The notes under the pieces are model-generated. The model was not told the origin of the DNA and searched no databases. It saw nothing but the letters and a program-made list of their open reading frames with translations. The translations under genes and the position numbers were made by a program. DNA of 63,505 bases, filler included, from Stramenopiles sp. TOSAG23-3 (taxonomy: Eukaryota), in NCBI GenBank assembly GCA_900128585.1. It is 5 parts of 5 records of this genome, joined end to end, with 100 filler letters (N's around TTAATTAATTAA, not from the genome) between each part and the next. Parts side by side here need not be neighbours in the genome. Positions count along the whole stretch, not along the records: positions 12,737 to 25,367 come from LT642675.1; positions 25,468 to 38,088 come from LT642676.1; 3 more parts are not named here. One strand, 5' to 3'. Shown in pieces: positions 20,968-33,331 of this stretch; position 1 is the stretch's first letter, and each line of letters starts with the position of its first letter.

Positions 20968-23900
20968 ATGTATAACCAAGGGCTGGAATTCTTCCTTGGG
21001 TTGCCCATTTTCCCCCATGTGACGGCTATCCTGACCGGCATTGCCATCCTCCTTATCTGGTCGTCGTGCATTTGCATCCGTCCATGCAAACGTTTGCGAA
21101 AGGGAAAGCAATGCTACGGTCCTTGCGATATTGCAACCTTTTTGTCTACGAGATGCCCGTGCATAGTTATACTCTTCGGCATTGCAATGCCCTTGTATAT
21201 CGGGTACCTTGGCATTTCTGCATCCAACTACACGGTCGTAGTCGATACCAACTTTGCGTCCTACCTTGAGAGCACGTCTTACTTGAAAAGCATAGAGGAT
21301 TCGTATCAAAGTTTAGTAAACGAAAAATCAAAAACCATCAAGGAAGAAGATGCTGGAAATGAAAGGCGACGGCTGGTTCCAGCGGAAGAAGAGGACGCTG
21401 CCCGGTCAACGTGGACGCTTTCTGTATTTTATCAAGTTCGTCCCTCCAGCTACAAGGCAAATCGGGGGATATTTTACAAGGAGGCGTTGGACGAAATCAA
21501 GTATGTAGAGAACGCAATAAAGAGGCACAAAAATTACGGGAAGTACTGTTTTCGCGAAAAAGTACCAGGGAAAAAGGACCAGTTTGCAAGCAACTGCGCG
21601 CTCCCGACCACCCCTGTAAATATATTCTACAGCGAGCACGGGCACGAGGTGCGATATGATGGAAAAGGTCAGCTAAGAGCCTTATCCGCTTCCATACAAG
21701 TGTTGAAACAAATGGAAGTGCCCTTTTTTGTCGATGCAAAGACTTTCGTCGGAAACAACCCGTACAGCAACTACACCCGTTCTCGCTTTGTCGGCTTCGA
21801 GGATGTTTCTGGGTATGAGGACTTTTTGAAATCGTTGCACGACGACTTGCTGTCCAACATAAACGAAAGATTGCAAGATGTTACAGTGTCCTGGAGCGAA
21901 GGCGGGGTCTTGACCGCCTATGAAGTCAACTCTGCATTGCTGCATGATAGCCGGTGGTCGATCGGCTCTCTGACGTTCGTCGCGATGTTTGTCCTCTTTC
22001 ATTTGAAAAGCCCTTTTTTGTGCTTTTTCTGCATGCTGTCCATCCTATTGGCGTTTCCAGCAGCTTACGGGGTATTCTACATCGTCTTTGAGGTAAAGAC
22101 GATGATGATTTTGAACTTTGTCAGCCTTTTTTTAATAATGGGGATTGGGGCGGACGACGCCTTCATCTGTTTTGATACGTACCACCAGGCGCGAGCGCTA
22201 ATGGGCCCAAATGCATCGATCGCCAAGCGTATGTCGTGGGCGCTCCGAGAGGCCAGCTCCGCCATGTTTATTACGACTTTTACAACAGCAGGGAGCTTTT
22301 TCTCGAACTGCATCTCCACAGTAAAGGTTGTTCGGGAGTTTGGCCTGTTCATGGGCTCAGTAGTCGTATTCAACTACATAAACATGCTGACTATATTTCC
22401 CGCAGCAATCGTTCTTCAGGAACTGTTTGTAGCAAAAATAACGTGCGCAAAACCGAAGCCAAAGAAAAAGTATCTCCTAGCCCACTCCTTCTCTGCGGCT
22501 GCAGAGAAAATGAAACGACAGAAACTTAGTGGTCTTCAACGCTTTAAATCCGCCGCAAAAACGGTGATAAACATGCAGCAGCTTGGGATATTGGCTCTCA
22601 AATCAAACCATAAAATAAATGTGGACGAGCTGGGCCTGGTCGAGCGATGCTGTTACAAGTGCTACAGCCCACTTTTGAGAAAGGCCCGTTTCGCCGTCCC
22701 GATTCTGCTTACAGCGGCCTCTGTGTTCATGGGACTGCTGGGGGCCGTGAATTTCCAACTTCACAATGGGCCACCAAAAGTGTTCCAAACGACGGAAAAT
22801 TTGGGCCGTGTAGACGTCCTAGCAAGAACATCGTTTCATGGTCAAAGCCTGGGAGACAGTGGCGAGACCACTAAAGTATACTGGGGAGGAGCGTTAGGGG
22901 TGAAAGGCGGGAGCTGTCCCGTCACGACAAACACTTCCGTTACCCAAGGAATCGCGTGCTCTGGTAAGGGCACCTGCAACCTTTATGATTTCTCATGCGA
23001 GTGTGAACTTGATTTTGCTGACTATTACTGCTCGAAACCATCGGTGCCCGGGACACCTTTCGCAAGACCACCAAGTTTATTTGTCGCCACGGACAGCACT
23101 GCGATTGTACAGGGAAAATTTGAATACGGAAATACGGGGGATGAAAGTCTATACTTCGAGTGGGGTTCGTTGGGCCCTTTGCCGAACTGGATCATCTCAG
23201 ATATCTCCGTTTTGAAGTCGGGGACGATAGAGAAGTGCACTTACAATAAACAATTTAAGCACGTGTGTCTTCCTTCTGAGAAAGTCCTCTTTGTTTCTTT
23301 GCGGGCAAGCAACAAAGCCGTTGGGTGGAGCGATACACATACGATCCAATTCAAAACCAAACGCTCCAAAAGCGATGCCCGATGGGTCAATGTAACAAAT
23401 GTAAATATAACTCTGAAAAAAACCGCTCCGCCGCCACAACCTACTATCCCAACGCCGTATACGCCTACCGGCTTGTACGGAGGAACCGGGGATGGGCGAA
23501 TAACCGTCCATTTTTCAAACGCGCAAACCCATCGCGACAATATCAGGCGTGGTCAAACGTATGTATGTCAAACCCAACGGCTAAACGAAATCACTCAGTA
23601 CCAGCATGCGTCTGATGATTACCCAATAGTTATCACCAATCACATATACATCAATCACACCTTTCATGTTAAGTGTCGGGGCATTATGAAAGGTGTTCTG
23701 GGCGGATGGTCTTCCACGATCAGCGTCAAAGTTTTACTGAGCAAGAACAATGCTGATTGTACTCTGAGCTCTCTGGTATCGTCCCCATGGCCGAGGAGCA
23801 ATTCTCTTAACAGCACATTTGAAACAGTGAACGCATCATCGTTCAGAATTTTTCTCAGTGCATGGTTCCCAAGCATAGCAATGAACATAACTGCATCTGT

Positions 23901-25367
23901 TTCCGGGGCATCGCTAGTAGTTGATGGGAAAACCTACACGGGCTCTGGCGTATTCAAAGATGTAATTCATGGTTTACAAGAAACCGATTTATTGAGAGGT
24001 TCTAACTACATTTCTGGTTTGCACACTGAGACCGCTGAAGTGACTGTGGTGGCCCCTGCTGGTTTAAACAGGTCCACTTACTTTGTGCTCGTCCATCGTC
24101 TGGACGGTGTGTGTCCAATGGAGGAATTTGGGTGTGTCAACCCTTGGACGTGCGATCCATACCTGTGGGGGACTTGCTCTTGCTTTAGTGAATCATGCAA
24201 AAAGCAGCTGTGCAACGGGGACTGTTCAAACAACGGTGAATGTGACCCGTTTGAAGGGAAATGTGCATGCTACCAAAGTTACAAAGGCAAATACTGTCAA
24301 ACTTTCATTCCGTACATAGTACCCCTGAAGCAGAGCATAAAAATCACGCTCTTGTGGGGCGCTGCAAAGCTGCAGACAGAAAACAGTTTCAAAATGAACT
24401 CAAAATTCGACATTGCACAGAGCACTTCCATTCCGTACATCATTGAGGTAATTGAACAAATAAAGGCAGACCCTGCCTTGTCAATTCGAAACAAGTCAAA
24501 ACAAACTTGGATAGAGCAGTTTTACAATGGAAGCATGACTGCTAGCGACATTGAGAATTCCCTTTCGAGAGTGTCGCGCCTTGAATCATATTTATACTAT
24601 GTGAGCTTGGCTAATCCCGATGGCATAACTTGGATAGCAGTTGACGTTTATCTGAATGTATCGCGCCACACCCCTGCCTTTTTCATGTATGCCAGTCACT
24701 ACTTGCCTTGGAAAGGCTTCGTCAGCAGAATCAACAAAAATAACCCTGAGCCCTTGGGGAAAGCAATTATGATTTCTAGCGCATGGACGGAGATGGATGT
24801 AACCATTGGTATAATTATCAGTACCATAGAATCATTTGTGACGTCAAATGCCATTTGCTTTTTCTCAGTATTGGTGTTCACCGGCGATGTGGCTTTGTCG
24901 GTTTTGACAATGCTGTCAATTCTCCTTATTGTCATTTGCTTACTTGGGACACTCCTCGGCCCAATTTTCAATTACACTTTCGGGGCCATTGAAGCAGTTG
25001 GTGTAACGGTGTTTGTTGGGATGTCTGTTGATTATGCGCTGCACATTGCCCATGGATACCACAGTGCTCACACGAAACGTCGATTTGACAAAGTCAGAGA
25101 CACGCTTACGCACTTGGGAGTCTCCATCCTAGGAGGTGCCATCACGACCGGAGGAAGCGCCATATTTTTGCTTTTCTGTAAAATATACTTTTTCCTTCAG
25201 TTGGGCACCATGATGCTTCTAAATACTCTGTTGGCGCTTTGCTTCTCTATTGGCTGGTTATGCGCGATTCTTATGATTATCGGCCCAGAGACTAGTTTGT
25301 TTTACATATATTTTTACCTGAAGCTTCCGTGCCTGATCTACACATGGTTGAAGGAGAGACTGTGCCG
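20968..25367 (+). CDS. Dispatched/Patched-like RND sterol-sensing transporter with inserted EGF-like, FN3-like and cadherin-like modules (runs into contig end)
   Basis: SSD motif GIGADDAF and second-repeat VGMSVDY..H; two TM bundles. EGF patterns CSGKGTC...CEC...YC and CSNNGEC...CAC...GKYC. Confidence 0.85.
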
Positions 25368-25467
25368 NNNNNNNNNNNNNNNNNNNNNNNNNNNNNNNNN
25401 NNNNNNNNNNNTTAATTAATTAANNNNNNNNNNNNNNNNNNNNNNNNNNNNNNNNNNNNNNNNNNNN
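25368..25467. other. artificial contig linker
   Basis: N44-TTAATTAATTAA-N44. Confidence 0.97.
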
Positions 25468-25794
25468 GCATAGGTATCAATCTGTGATGACAACGACGAC
25501 GACGACGAAGAACATCAAAAAATCGGTTCGAAGTAATAATAAAAGGCTTTTATATTATTAGTTATATTTGTATTCTATTCTCTGTGGTAGTTCTATATAG
25601 TACAGAGTATTAATATTTTATTTTGTTCTTTTACTTCTTCTTTTTGCACTATCTTCGTAGAATAGACTTTCGGTAAAGACAGTAAACCATGAAGAGTCAA
25701 ATTCGAGGGTATGGATGGATTAACTTGCTATTTTTGCGGAACGAGTGTTTCATAGTTTTACCACGATTATTTGATGCGCGAGTAAATTGTAGGC

Positions 25795-27954
25795 ATGACA
25801 AAAGAAACCAAAGACCGGGAGAGCAAAACTGGGAGCCATAAAATGGAGGCGGTAACAAATGCCCCACCTTGCGTGAGTCAAGACGAAACCAAGGTGGCCC
25901 CGAGGGGCACGGGAGAAAGCAAGACGTCCGGAGATAAAAAATGCAAGTATATTATATTTCCTTGGGGAAACAGTTGCGGCTGTTTTCATGATGTATTTCG
26001 GGAACGATCGGACCGATGGCAAGAAGTAAGTTATGAGAAGGTTGACGTGGAGCACCCCAGAACCTGGCATGCCAATTTTGTGTGGAAAATTCGTCGTCAA
26101 GGAATTAGTGGTTACAGAACGGTCGAAGGCCCCCCGCCTAAAGGGTATGGAAAAAACGAAGGGGAGGAATTGCAGATATTGAATTACATGCCTCATTTTA
26201 GGGAGATAATGACAAAGGTAGGACTGGCAGCAGCGGCGAAAAAGTATGCGAAAATAAGGCAGGTAGATTGGCCAGATTTTCTACCGATAAGCATCGTCAT
26301 AAATCCATTTTGGCAAACTGACTTTGAAGAAGGAGAACACCCCCTAAAGTCTTCACAATTCCAAGATTTTATCAACATTTTTCGCAAGTCTGCCAAAGGG
26401 AATGCTGCGCACATGTCCAACCAATGCGAAAAGAACATGTGGCTGATCAAGCCTGCCGCTGCAAATCGGGGGATTGGGATTGAGATTTTCACCAAGCTGA
26501 ACGAAGTAAAAAGCTTTCTTCGAGACAGCGAGAGGTGGAAGGAACACTGGATCGTGCAAAAATATATAGAAAAACCATTACTCATTGAAAAGCGAAAGTT
26601 TGACATTCGCTGTTGGTTATTGATAAGAGGATCGAGAACTAGCCCGGGATTAGAAGCCTTGATGTACAAAGAATGGTATGTCCGTTTGTCAACTGAAGAA
26701 TTTTCTATGGACACAAATGATCGGTACGTTCACTTAACGAATTGGTCAGTGCAAAAGAAGCACCCAAATTTCTCCCAACACGAAGATGGGAACACGTGGA
26801 GCATGGACATGTTTAAGAACTATATTGGGGCAAGTACGAAGCTAAATTTTGATGAAATAAATTCAAGTATCGAAAACATACTTCAGCAGACGTGTAACAT
26901 GGTTTTTACTTGCCGAGCCAATGGCCGTGGGAATTCGTTTCCACCTGTCGTAGAAGACAAAAGGCGGGAGAACTATGAGTTGCTAGGGTATGACTTTATG
27001 GTAGACGAGTATGGAAAAGTGTGGATGTTGGAAGTAAACGGGAACCCGTCTCTATCTTACCAGAACAAGAACCACGAGGGCTTAGTCAAACGAATGATTG
27101 GCGATTTAATTGATACAATGTCAAGCAATCTTCCAAGTATCAAGACGGGTGCAAACTCCAGCCCTAGCTCATTTAAGACCATATTTAACTCAGGGACAGA
27201 CTGCGACGAATTGTCGACCGCTCCTGTCGTCACTGAACAAAAGCAGAAGGTTGAAGATGACAAAAAGCTCCCAAGGCTGGTCCCTGCCCACCGATTTGTT
27301 GAACAAGAGAAAAAAACGCGCTTCCCTCAAGCAACGCACGTTATTAACCCAAAACAGTCAAAGAAAAAATTGACAATCTTGGAGCCACCACCGAAAAGAA
27401 AACGACTATATAAATTGAAGAAGAAGCACGTTTCTGTGGTGGAACGAGCCTCGGAAGCTGCACAAATGATGTATCACGAGAAACTCCTAGAGTTGAAAGA
27501 GGAAGATGAAGAGTTTGAAAAGCGGAACCATAGAGTTCCGTACATTTGCTCTCCGTCATTCGTGCCCCCACCGAGAACTCAAAGTCGCCGACATGGAAAG
27601 AGAATAATGTCCATAGGTAGACATGGGCAAGTTGGTACACATTCCACGAAAGTTGTCCCCATGAGTTTTTACCAAGTTCAAAGGCAACGAAAACCATTTT
27701 TACAGTTTTTTGAGACATCAAAGATACGAACGTTTTTGCAGACGAAAAGTGCACCCCCCCCCATCCCTGAAAATAAATGGTTTAAACAACAGAAAGCTAG
27801 GCATACGCTGAACTCTCCAAGACCCTGGGAAAATAGCAAAATTGTGGACAGAAGAGGTGCTTCTGAACCTGCCCATGGAAGTCGATCAACCATCGTAGCC
27901 CTTGATGACTCATTCAGTGTCCCCTTCAGAGTAAGCTGCATCAATATCCAATAA
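25795..27954 (+). CDS. tubulin-tyrosine ligase family (TTL/TTLL) protein
   Basis: WLIKPAAANRGIGI, IVQKYIEKPLLI..RKFDIR, HLTN, ELLGYDFMVD and MLEVNGNPSL motifs. Confidence 0.92.
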   Translation: MTKETKDRESKTGSHKMEAVTNAPPCVSQDETKVAPRGTGESKTSGDKKCKYIIFPWGNSCGCFHDVFRERSDRWQEVSYEKVDVEHPRTWHANFVWKIRRQGISGYRTVEGPPPKGYGKNEGEELQILNYMPHFREIMTKVGLAAAAKKYAKIRQVDWPDFLPISIVINPFWQTDFEEGEHPLKSSQFQDFINIFRKSAKGNAAHMSNQCEKNMWLIKPAAANRGIGIEIFTKLNEVKSFLRDSERWKEHWIVQKYIEKPLLIEKRKFDIRCWLLIRGSRTSPGLEALMYKEWYVRLSTEEFSMDTNDRYVHLTNWSVQKKHPNFSQHEDGNTWSMDMFKNYIGASTKLNFDEINSSIENILQQTCNMVFTCRANGRGNSFPPVVEDKRRENYELLGYDFMVDEYGKVWMLEVNGNPSLSYQNKNHEGLVKRMIGDLIDTMSSNLPSIKTGANSSPSSFKTIFNSGTDCDELSTAPVVTEQKQKVEDDKKLPRLVPAHRFVEQEKKTRFPQATHVINPKQSKKKLTILEPPPKRKRLYKLKKKHVSVVERASEAAQMMYHEKLLELKEEDEEFEKRNHRVPYICSPSFVPPPRTQSRRHGKRIMSIGRHGQVGTHSTKVVPMSFYQVQRQRKPFLQFFETSKIRTFLQTKSAPPPIPENKWFKQQKARHTLNSPRPWENSKIVDRRGASEPAHGSRSTIVALDDSFSVPFRVSCINIQ

Positions 27955-28199
27955 AAAAAAGATAGTTCCCAGCAGTTCTTCTCCGTCGAAAAAATATATA
28001 GAATCATTTAGTAATAATAAATACTAAAGGCTAAAATGTATTACTTGCTATCGCCTATTAATTAAATATCCAACCACTAAAAATCGATCGGCCCCATGAT
28101 TATTTGGTGAAAATCAAATTTTACGAACGCGCTCAACACTCACTTTTTGTTTTCGATTTTCAATTATAGGCGAAGTGCCTCCGAAAATGCGACCGGTTT

Positions 28200-31100
28200 T
28201 TACAGCTCGGGTGTACAGAGCTTCAGCAGCTCCTCCCTTCTCTTCTTTACGCGCAATTCTCTCTTCATGCGACTACTGGTCCTCATTTCCGAAAAGCTGT
28301 TCAAAAATGACGCCCTCACGGACGCCGAAGGCTTTGTAAGATTAAGAGACTCAGCGTTTCCGTCCATCTGGATGTGCCCCAGCGCCAACGACTCCAATAC
28401 GTTCTCCTTCTTCTGGGATTTAGAGGCTCCGCGACTATCTCGCCTCCCTACTGTTCCTGAATACCCACTTTGGGCTTTGCTACCACTAACCCTTGACAAA
28501 AGTCTACTTTCTCCAGCAGAACTCGACATAGGCGCCCCAGATGGCATAACACGACTGTTATTTCTACTTAAAAGAGTGCTACGATTCGTAGAATGTGACT
28601 TGCGCGATCCAACTGATGGCGCGGCCATGTGCTCCGAGGTGCTGGGCGCTTGCGGTACAGCGTTTCCGTAAGGTTTGGGGTGCAGTCCCGCAGGCCCAAA
28701 AAGAAACGCGTTCAAGTCTGCCGCTGGATCAGATCTTTGTTCTGCTGTGGTGATCGTGAATAGGCGCTTTGCGTTCTGCACGGCATCAATGTTTCCTTCG
28801 CAGCATAACGCAATCGCAGGGTACGAGTCACAAATAATTTTCCAATCTGCATATCCGGTAAATTGAAAATCAACTGACGGCTCGGCAGGTACTTCGCTCA
28901 CTATTTCTTCACTGGGGTCTTCCCCCTCTGCTTCTGGCTTGGGGGTGGGTGGGACATAATTTATTTTTTCTTTCGATTGGGCCTGGTCTGCGCATAAAAC
29001 GAAAACACTGGAACCACTCACTTCTGCCAATATTTTTGTCGCCCCTAACGACTTTTTCCCTCCCAGTGCTGTGACTCCCCTGCCCGCCGTTCTATTTGAC
29101 ATCAACCGCCCGCTCCGACTAGCATCTCCTTGTGGCCTAGCGTCCATTTCCGTGTTGTTGTCCTCGCCGCACTGGCCAAACATCCAGCGGCAAGACTCGG
29201 CATCCATTTCTTTGCTCTCTCGTAGATCCAAACAGCCCATAAAAGTCCCACTTGGGAGGTCATACAGTCTCAAAACAACAACGCCGTAAGAATCTTCGCA
29301 AACAGCTATTGCAATCGGGATATCTTTCATGCAAAACAAATTTAGTACAGATTGCGAACCATCTTTTTCGCGCATACTAATCATTTTCGAAGAAGGGCCA
29401 AGGGGTTTTAAAGTATTGGCACGAGAAACGGGGCGCCTGCTAGGAACCATTAACTTTTTGCATCGAAGATTTACGCTGCCATCAAGCAAATCATTTATTT
29501 GCAAACTGCCATCCATAGCTCCCGACACAACGTAGCGCTGACCATACAAGCACAGGGAAGAAACGGACGCGCGGTTTCCTTTGAGTCCCGTATGCCGCCG
29601 AAAAACGGCCCGGCTTGTTCCAGTGGATATATCCCACACCATAACGCTGCCGTCGGCAATGCCCAGTGCTAGAATACTGCACGATACATCCACTGCTGAT
29701 GCAGTGATTGCATTTGTCAACATCCACTCTGAGTGCAGCAAGCGAGTAAGTTCGTTGGTCCCCTCTTCTCCTTCTTTGGTTTCCTCTTTCTCCTCTTCGC
29801 TGTCTACCAAAAAGTAGCGCCTCAAATGATTGCATCCAGGCCACCAGACGAAGAATCCCGTGGTGTGACAGTCCCCTTCTGTCGAGCTAGGCGTCTGGAT
29901 GAAGTGTACAATTGCTGTAGGACTATTATCACTTCCTTCGTTTGCACCAACTGAAGTGCCGGTATCGGACAGCGGCCCCGCCTCCTCGTTGTCTCCGCTC
30001 GCATTAACATCCCCAGCAGCTTGGACTGAAGCATGGGTAGGCCGCAGGACGCCTTTGCGGTCTTCGGGCAATAGTGCCACAGTCAACATCGTGCGCTCCA
30101 ACACCGTCTTTTCACGCGAATATCTAGACGACCCAGAGTCCTCCCCGTCATCTTCTTTTACGCCGGTTTCAGCTTCCTCCGCAACAGGTTCCATGCCACC
30201 CACCCCTGAAGTCTCGGTTGTAGATGGCTGGGGGGGCAACGGGCGCTTCGGGAGGGGATAAACTTGTACCGACCCGTCGGCTAGCGACACTGCCACATAC
30301 CGGGAGTCCTCTGCGACAGTGATTGACGCGATTTCTTGAGACGCTTCGATCGTAGACACCTGGACAAACCGATTTCCGTTCGGCCAAACCTCATACACGT
30401 GTGCAATACCTCCACCAGCCCCACCGTCTTCTGGCTCATCTGGTGCTGCACCTTTCTTCCCTTTTCCCTTTTTAGCTTTCGGGTCCTCTTCTTGGGGCGC
30501 GTTTGCTGCCGCTAATTTGGCTGCAACTTCTGCCTTCGTAGTTGTTGAGGCAGCAGCAGCGAAGACGTACGGCTGATCCCCATAAACAGAAAAGTTCTCT
30601 GATCTGACAAGTTTCGAAATGCACTTGGTCCCACCATGCGACTCGGGAAACGCTGACACGTTCTCAAGCACGTTGTATCCGACACAATCCACCAGCTGCA
30701 TCGAACCGTTTTCGCTTCCAACGATGCAGATTGCACCGTCAGGTGAAACTGCTGTGCATGTCGGGGTTTGGGAAATAGTTGTAAAATTAATAGGGTAGCA
30801 CGACGTGGCCATTGCCATTGCAATTTTCTTTGCCTCTTCTCCCTTCCCGTCGTCTTCATCCCCTGTTCCAATGGATGATTGGGCAGAGAGCTTGTACTTT
30901 TTATCAATAAATTCCCAAGCAGCGTCAATAATGAACTCTTCCATGATCTCTACTATTGAGCGATAAGGTTGCGGCAACTGGTCAAAGAACAGGTCAGGAT
31001 CTGCATGGTCAGCTGGTGCGCCTAAATTTAGGGCTCGTACAAAATGTGATATTCGAATATCGCCCTTGTAATCACAGAACTTTCGGAGCAGGGTTTCAAA

Positions 31101-31397
31101 CTCTCCTGGTGTTAACTTGTTGGAAGTGTTCTCGTTTGCAACGTGAAGGGCCTCCACGAACTGTTCGTCGGTAACGTTCCTGTCGTCCGAACCGCCCCCT
31201 TCAGTCTGTTGCGCGCGCAAAATGGAATCCCAATCAATGCGCGTGGAGTACGTAATATCTCGCAGCTTCAAGAGGCAATCTTTTACTGCAACTATCTCAG
31301 CGGCACGTTTCAAGGCCTGTAGCTCTTCATCTTCCTCCATCCGAAGTTCCTCCAGTGCCTGGAGTGCTGTGGCAGCATGAGACTCTCCCGCGGCCAT
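28200..31397 (-). CDS. WD40-repeat protein, WDR93-like, with N-terminal EF-hand-like region
   Basis: DQLPQPYR motif typical of WDR93; WD repeats (DGSVMVWD, SGAMDGSLQIND); ends with a basic coiled coil. Confidence 0.65.
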   Translation of the reverse strand: MAAGESHAATALQALEELRMEEDEELQALKRAAEIVAVKDCLLKLRDITYSTRIDWDSILRAQQTEGGGSDDRNVTDEQFVEALHVANENTSNKLTPGEFETLLRKFCDYKGDIRISHFVRALNLGAPADHADPDLFFDQLPQPYRSIVEIMEEFIIDAAWEFIDKKYKLSAQSSIGTGDEDDGKGEEAKKIAMAMATSCYPINFTTISQTPTCTAVSPDGAICIVGSENGSMQLVDCVGYNVLENVSAFPESHGGTKCISKLVRSENFSVYGDQPYVFAAAASTTTKAEVAAKLAAANAPQEEDPKAKKGKGKKGAAPDEPEDGGAGGGIAHVYEVWPNGNRFVQVSTIEASQEIASITVAEDSRYVAVSLADGSVQVYPLPKRPLPPQPSTTETSGVGGMEPVAEEAETGVKEDDGEDSGSSRYSREKTVLERTMLTVALLPEDRKGVLRPTHASVQAAGDVNASGDNEEAGPLSDTGTSVGANEGSDNSPTAIVHFIQTPSSTEGDCHTTGFFVWWPGCNHLRRYFLVDSEEEKEETKEGEEGTNELTRLLHSEWMLTNAITASAVDVSCSILALGIADGSVMVWDISTGTSRAVFRRHTGLKGNRASVSSLCLYGQRYVVSGAMDGSLQINDLLDGSVNLRCKKLMVPSRRPVSRANTLKPLGPSSKMISMREKDGSQSVLNLFCMKDIPIAIAVCEDSYGVVVLRLYDLPSGTFMGCLDLRESKEMDAESCRWMFGQCGEDNNTEMDARPQGDASRSGRLMSNRTAGRGVTALGGKKSLGATKILAEVSGSSVFVLCADQAQSKEKINYVPPTPKPEAEGEDPSEEIVSEVPAEPSVDFQFTGYADWKIICDSYPAIALCCEGNIDAVQNAKRLFTITTAEQRSDPAADLNAFLFGPAGLHPKPYGNAVPQAPSTSEHMAAPSVGSRKSHSTNRSTLLSRNNSRVMPSGAPMSSSAGESRLLSRVSGSKAQSGYSGTVGRRDSRGASKSQKKENVLESLALGHIQMDGNAESLNLTKPSASVRASFLNSFSEMRTSSRMKRELRVKKRREELLKLCTPEL

Positions 31398-32265
31398 GAC
31401 AAATACAATATGTTCCCAATAATATTATTCTCGTCAAAAAGACACGCCAATCGATTTTATACGCTTTCGATTTTTTCTCTGTGTATATCAATCCATATTG
31501 TCGCACAACAAGTAGCCAGTTTTGTTTATTCTATCATTGAAATCGACCGACCGATGATGCAAATCAAAACGAATTGGTTTACGAAATTCTCTTCTTCTTC
31601 TACATCTTCATAAATTATAATATACTCCTAAATAGCATTGTTTTGAATAATACAAAAATCGATGGTGGCATCATTATCATCCATCATGAGGAATCATTTT
31701 TTCTAATATTGAATTAGAAGGGGGAAGAGGATGAGGATGATAAAAAAACAAAAAATAACGGCAACAATCTAACAACATCCCAATTTTACGAATAAATTAA
31801 ATACATTTTATAAGTATAAATTATTTGTATATTATATAGGACATAATTATATTTTAATTATATATATTTAGTACTAGTTAATGTAATATGATATTATTAT
31901 TGATAAATAGTATAATTTATTAAAAATATAAATGTATTTATAAAAGTATACAAAATCCAAATTTGACTGCATAGTTATAGTTTTAGCACGACTAAACAAT
32001 AGGACTTCGATGACTGCTAGCTTCTTCTCGTGTTTTGCCACAACTTGTATTAATACTACAGTGCAGGAACGAATTTATACCACAGGAAAGACAGGAAAGA
32101 CAACCTCTGCCGTGAATAATAATATCCTTTTCTATACAGTCTTCTTCATGAAATTTAAAGATCCCAGAATCATGCCCGATAAATAAGATAAGTGGAACGC
32201 GTTGTTTTGCATATTTCTTGATTGTTAACTACTTTTAGGCGGCGTTGGGTTTTTATAAAATTAGG

Positions 32266-33180
32266 ATGTATCGCCGGCGCCGACTATGGCCGTCGTTATA
32301 CAAAGACTCCCAAGAGTTTGCGCAACAGGAACGGTTTAGCAGAGACGCGCCTTTGGAGCACCATAGAACTATGCTGCCAGCATTAATCTCTGAAAATTCT
32401 TTGCCGTATAAAGTGTATCTGCCTCAATTTGTGCCCTTGGACAGTGTTCCCTTCGTCCCCGAATTTCCGCGAAATTCGGGCGGCGGCGCAGTCCAGAAGC
32501 TTCGGCAAAAAGTCGTAGACAGCAGGGAGACGGCGCCTTCTGGTTGCAGCGACGACGACGAGGGTGCAGAGAAAGCCCTGTTTGGTGATGCAATGGGAGA
32601 CGGAGACCTTTACTACTCTAGCTCCAGTGGTGTTTCAATAGGTATAACGTTTCGTGCGAAAGGGGAAGAACAGGATTCCAGCAGCGGCGCAGATATAGGC
32701 ACTACATTTCAGACAAAAATACGGTCGGCTTCCGAGTCCAGCGGTGTTGAAATCATGGGAGGGGGACTAATGAGAGACACTCCCGATTACGGCGCTTGTC
32801 CACCGGACGATGCTTCAGCGGTTGAGGGACCAGGAACGCAAACGGTTGAGGAGGCGAAGCAACGCAAACGTGTAGATGCGTTGATGCAAAAATCTATTAA
32901 GCTGAAAACTTCGCAGTACAAACGGTGTGCTATTCGATTGTGCTGTCTTATAGAGATGTACACGAAGGAGAAGGAAATGAAAGTGGAAGACAGGAAATTG
33001 GTGAGAAAAGCTTGTTTCAGAACATGCAAGGTTCTCAATGGTAAAGGGAAAGACTATGAAATTGAAGCAAAGGTTTTGAAGGAACTGGAGGGGGATGGCA
33101 CTTTGGAAAGAGTTCTATACGCTTCAGAAGAGAACGAAGAAAAAGGGCCCGTGGAGAAAAAGGAGAAGAAGGCACCATAG
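32266..33180 (+). CDS. hypothetical protein
   Basis: ~304-aa ORF with coding-like composition, low-complexity middle and helical C-terminus. Confidence 0.6.
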   Translation: MYRRRRLWPSLYKDSQEFAQQERFSRDAPLEHHRTMLPALISENSLPYKVYLPQFVPLDSVPFVPEFPRNSGGGAVQKLRQKVVDSRETAPSGCSDDDEGAEKALFGDAMGDGDLYYSSSSGVSIGITFRAKGEEQDSSSGADIGTTFQTKIRSASESSGVEIMGGGLMRDTPDYGACPPDDASAVEGPGTQTVEEAKQRKRVDALMQKSIKLKTSQYKRCAIRLCCLIEMYTKEKEMKVEDRKLVRKACFRTCKVLNGKGKDYEIEAKVLKELEGDGTLERVLYASEENEEKGPVEKKEKKAP

Positions 33181-33331
33181 GGTAGCGTGGTCTAAAATGC
33201 GGGAGGCTCATTTTTGTCGTTTAGGTAAATCTAACTTTTAACTACATTTCGTATTTTTATGTCTCAAATTATGGATAGCTTTACTTCCTTTTAACCACAA
33301 AGACACACTTTTACAATATTTACAAATGTAT

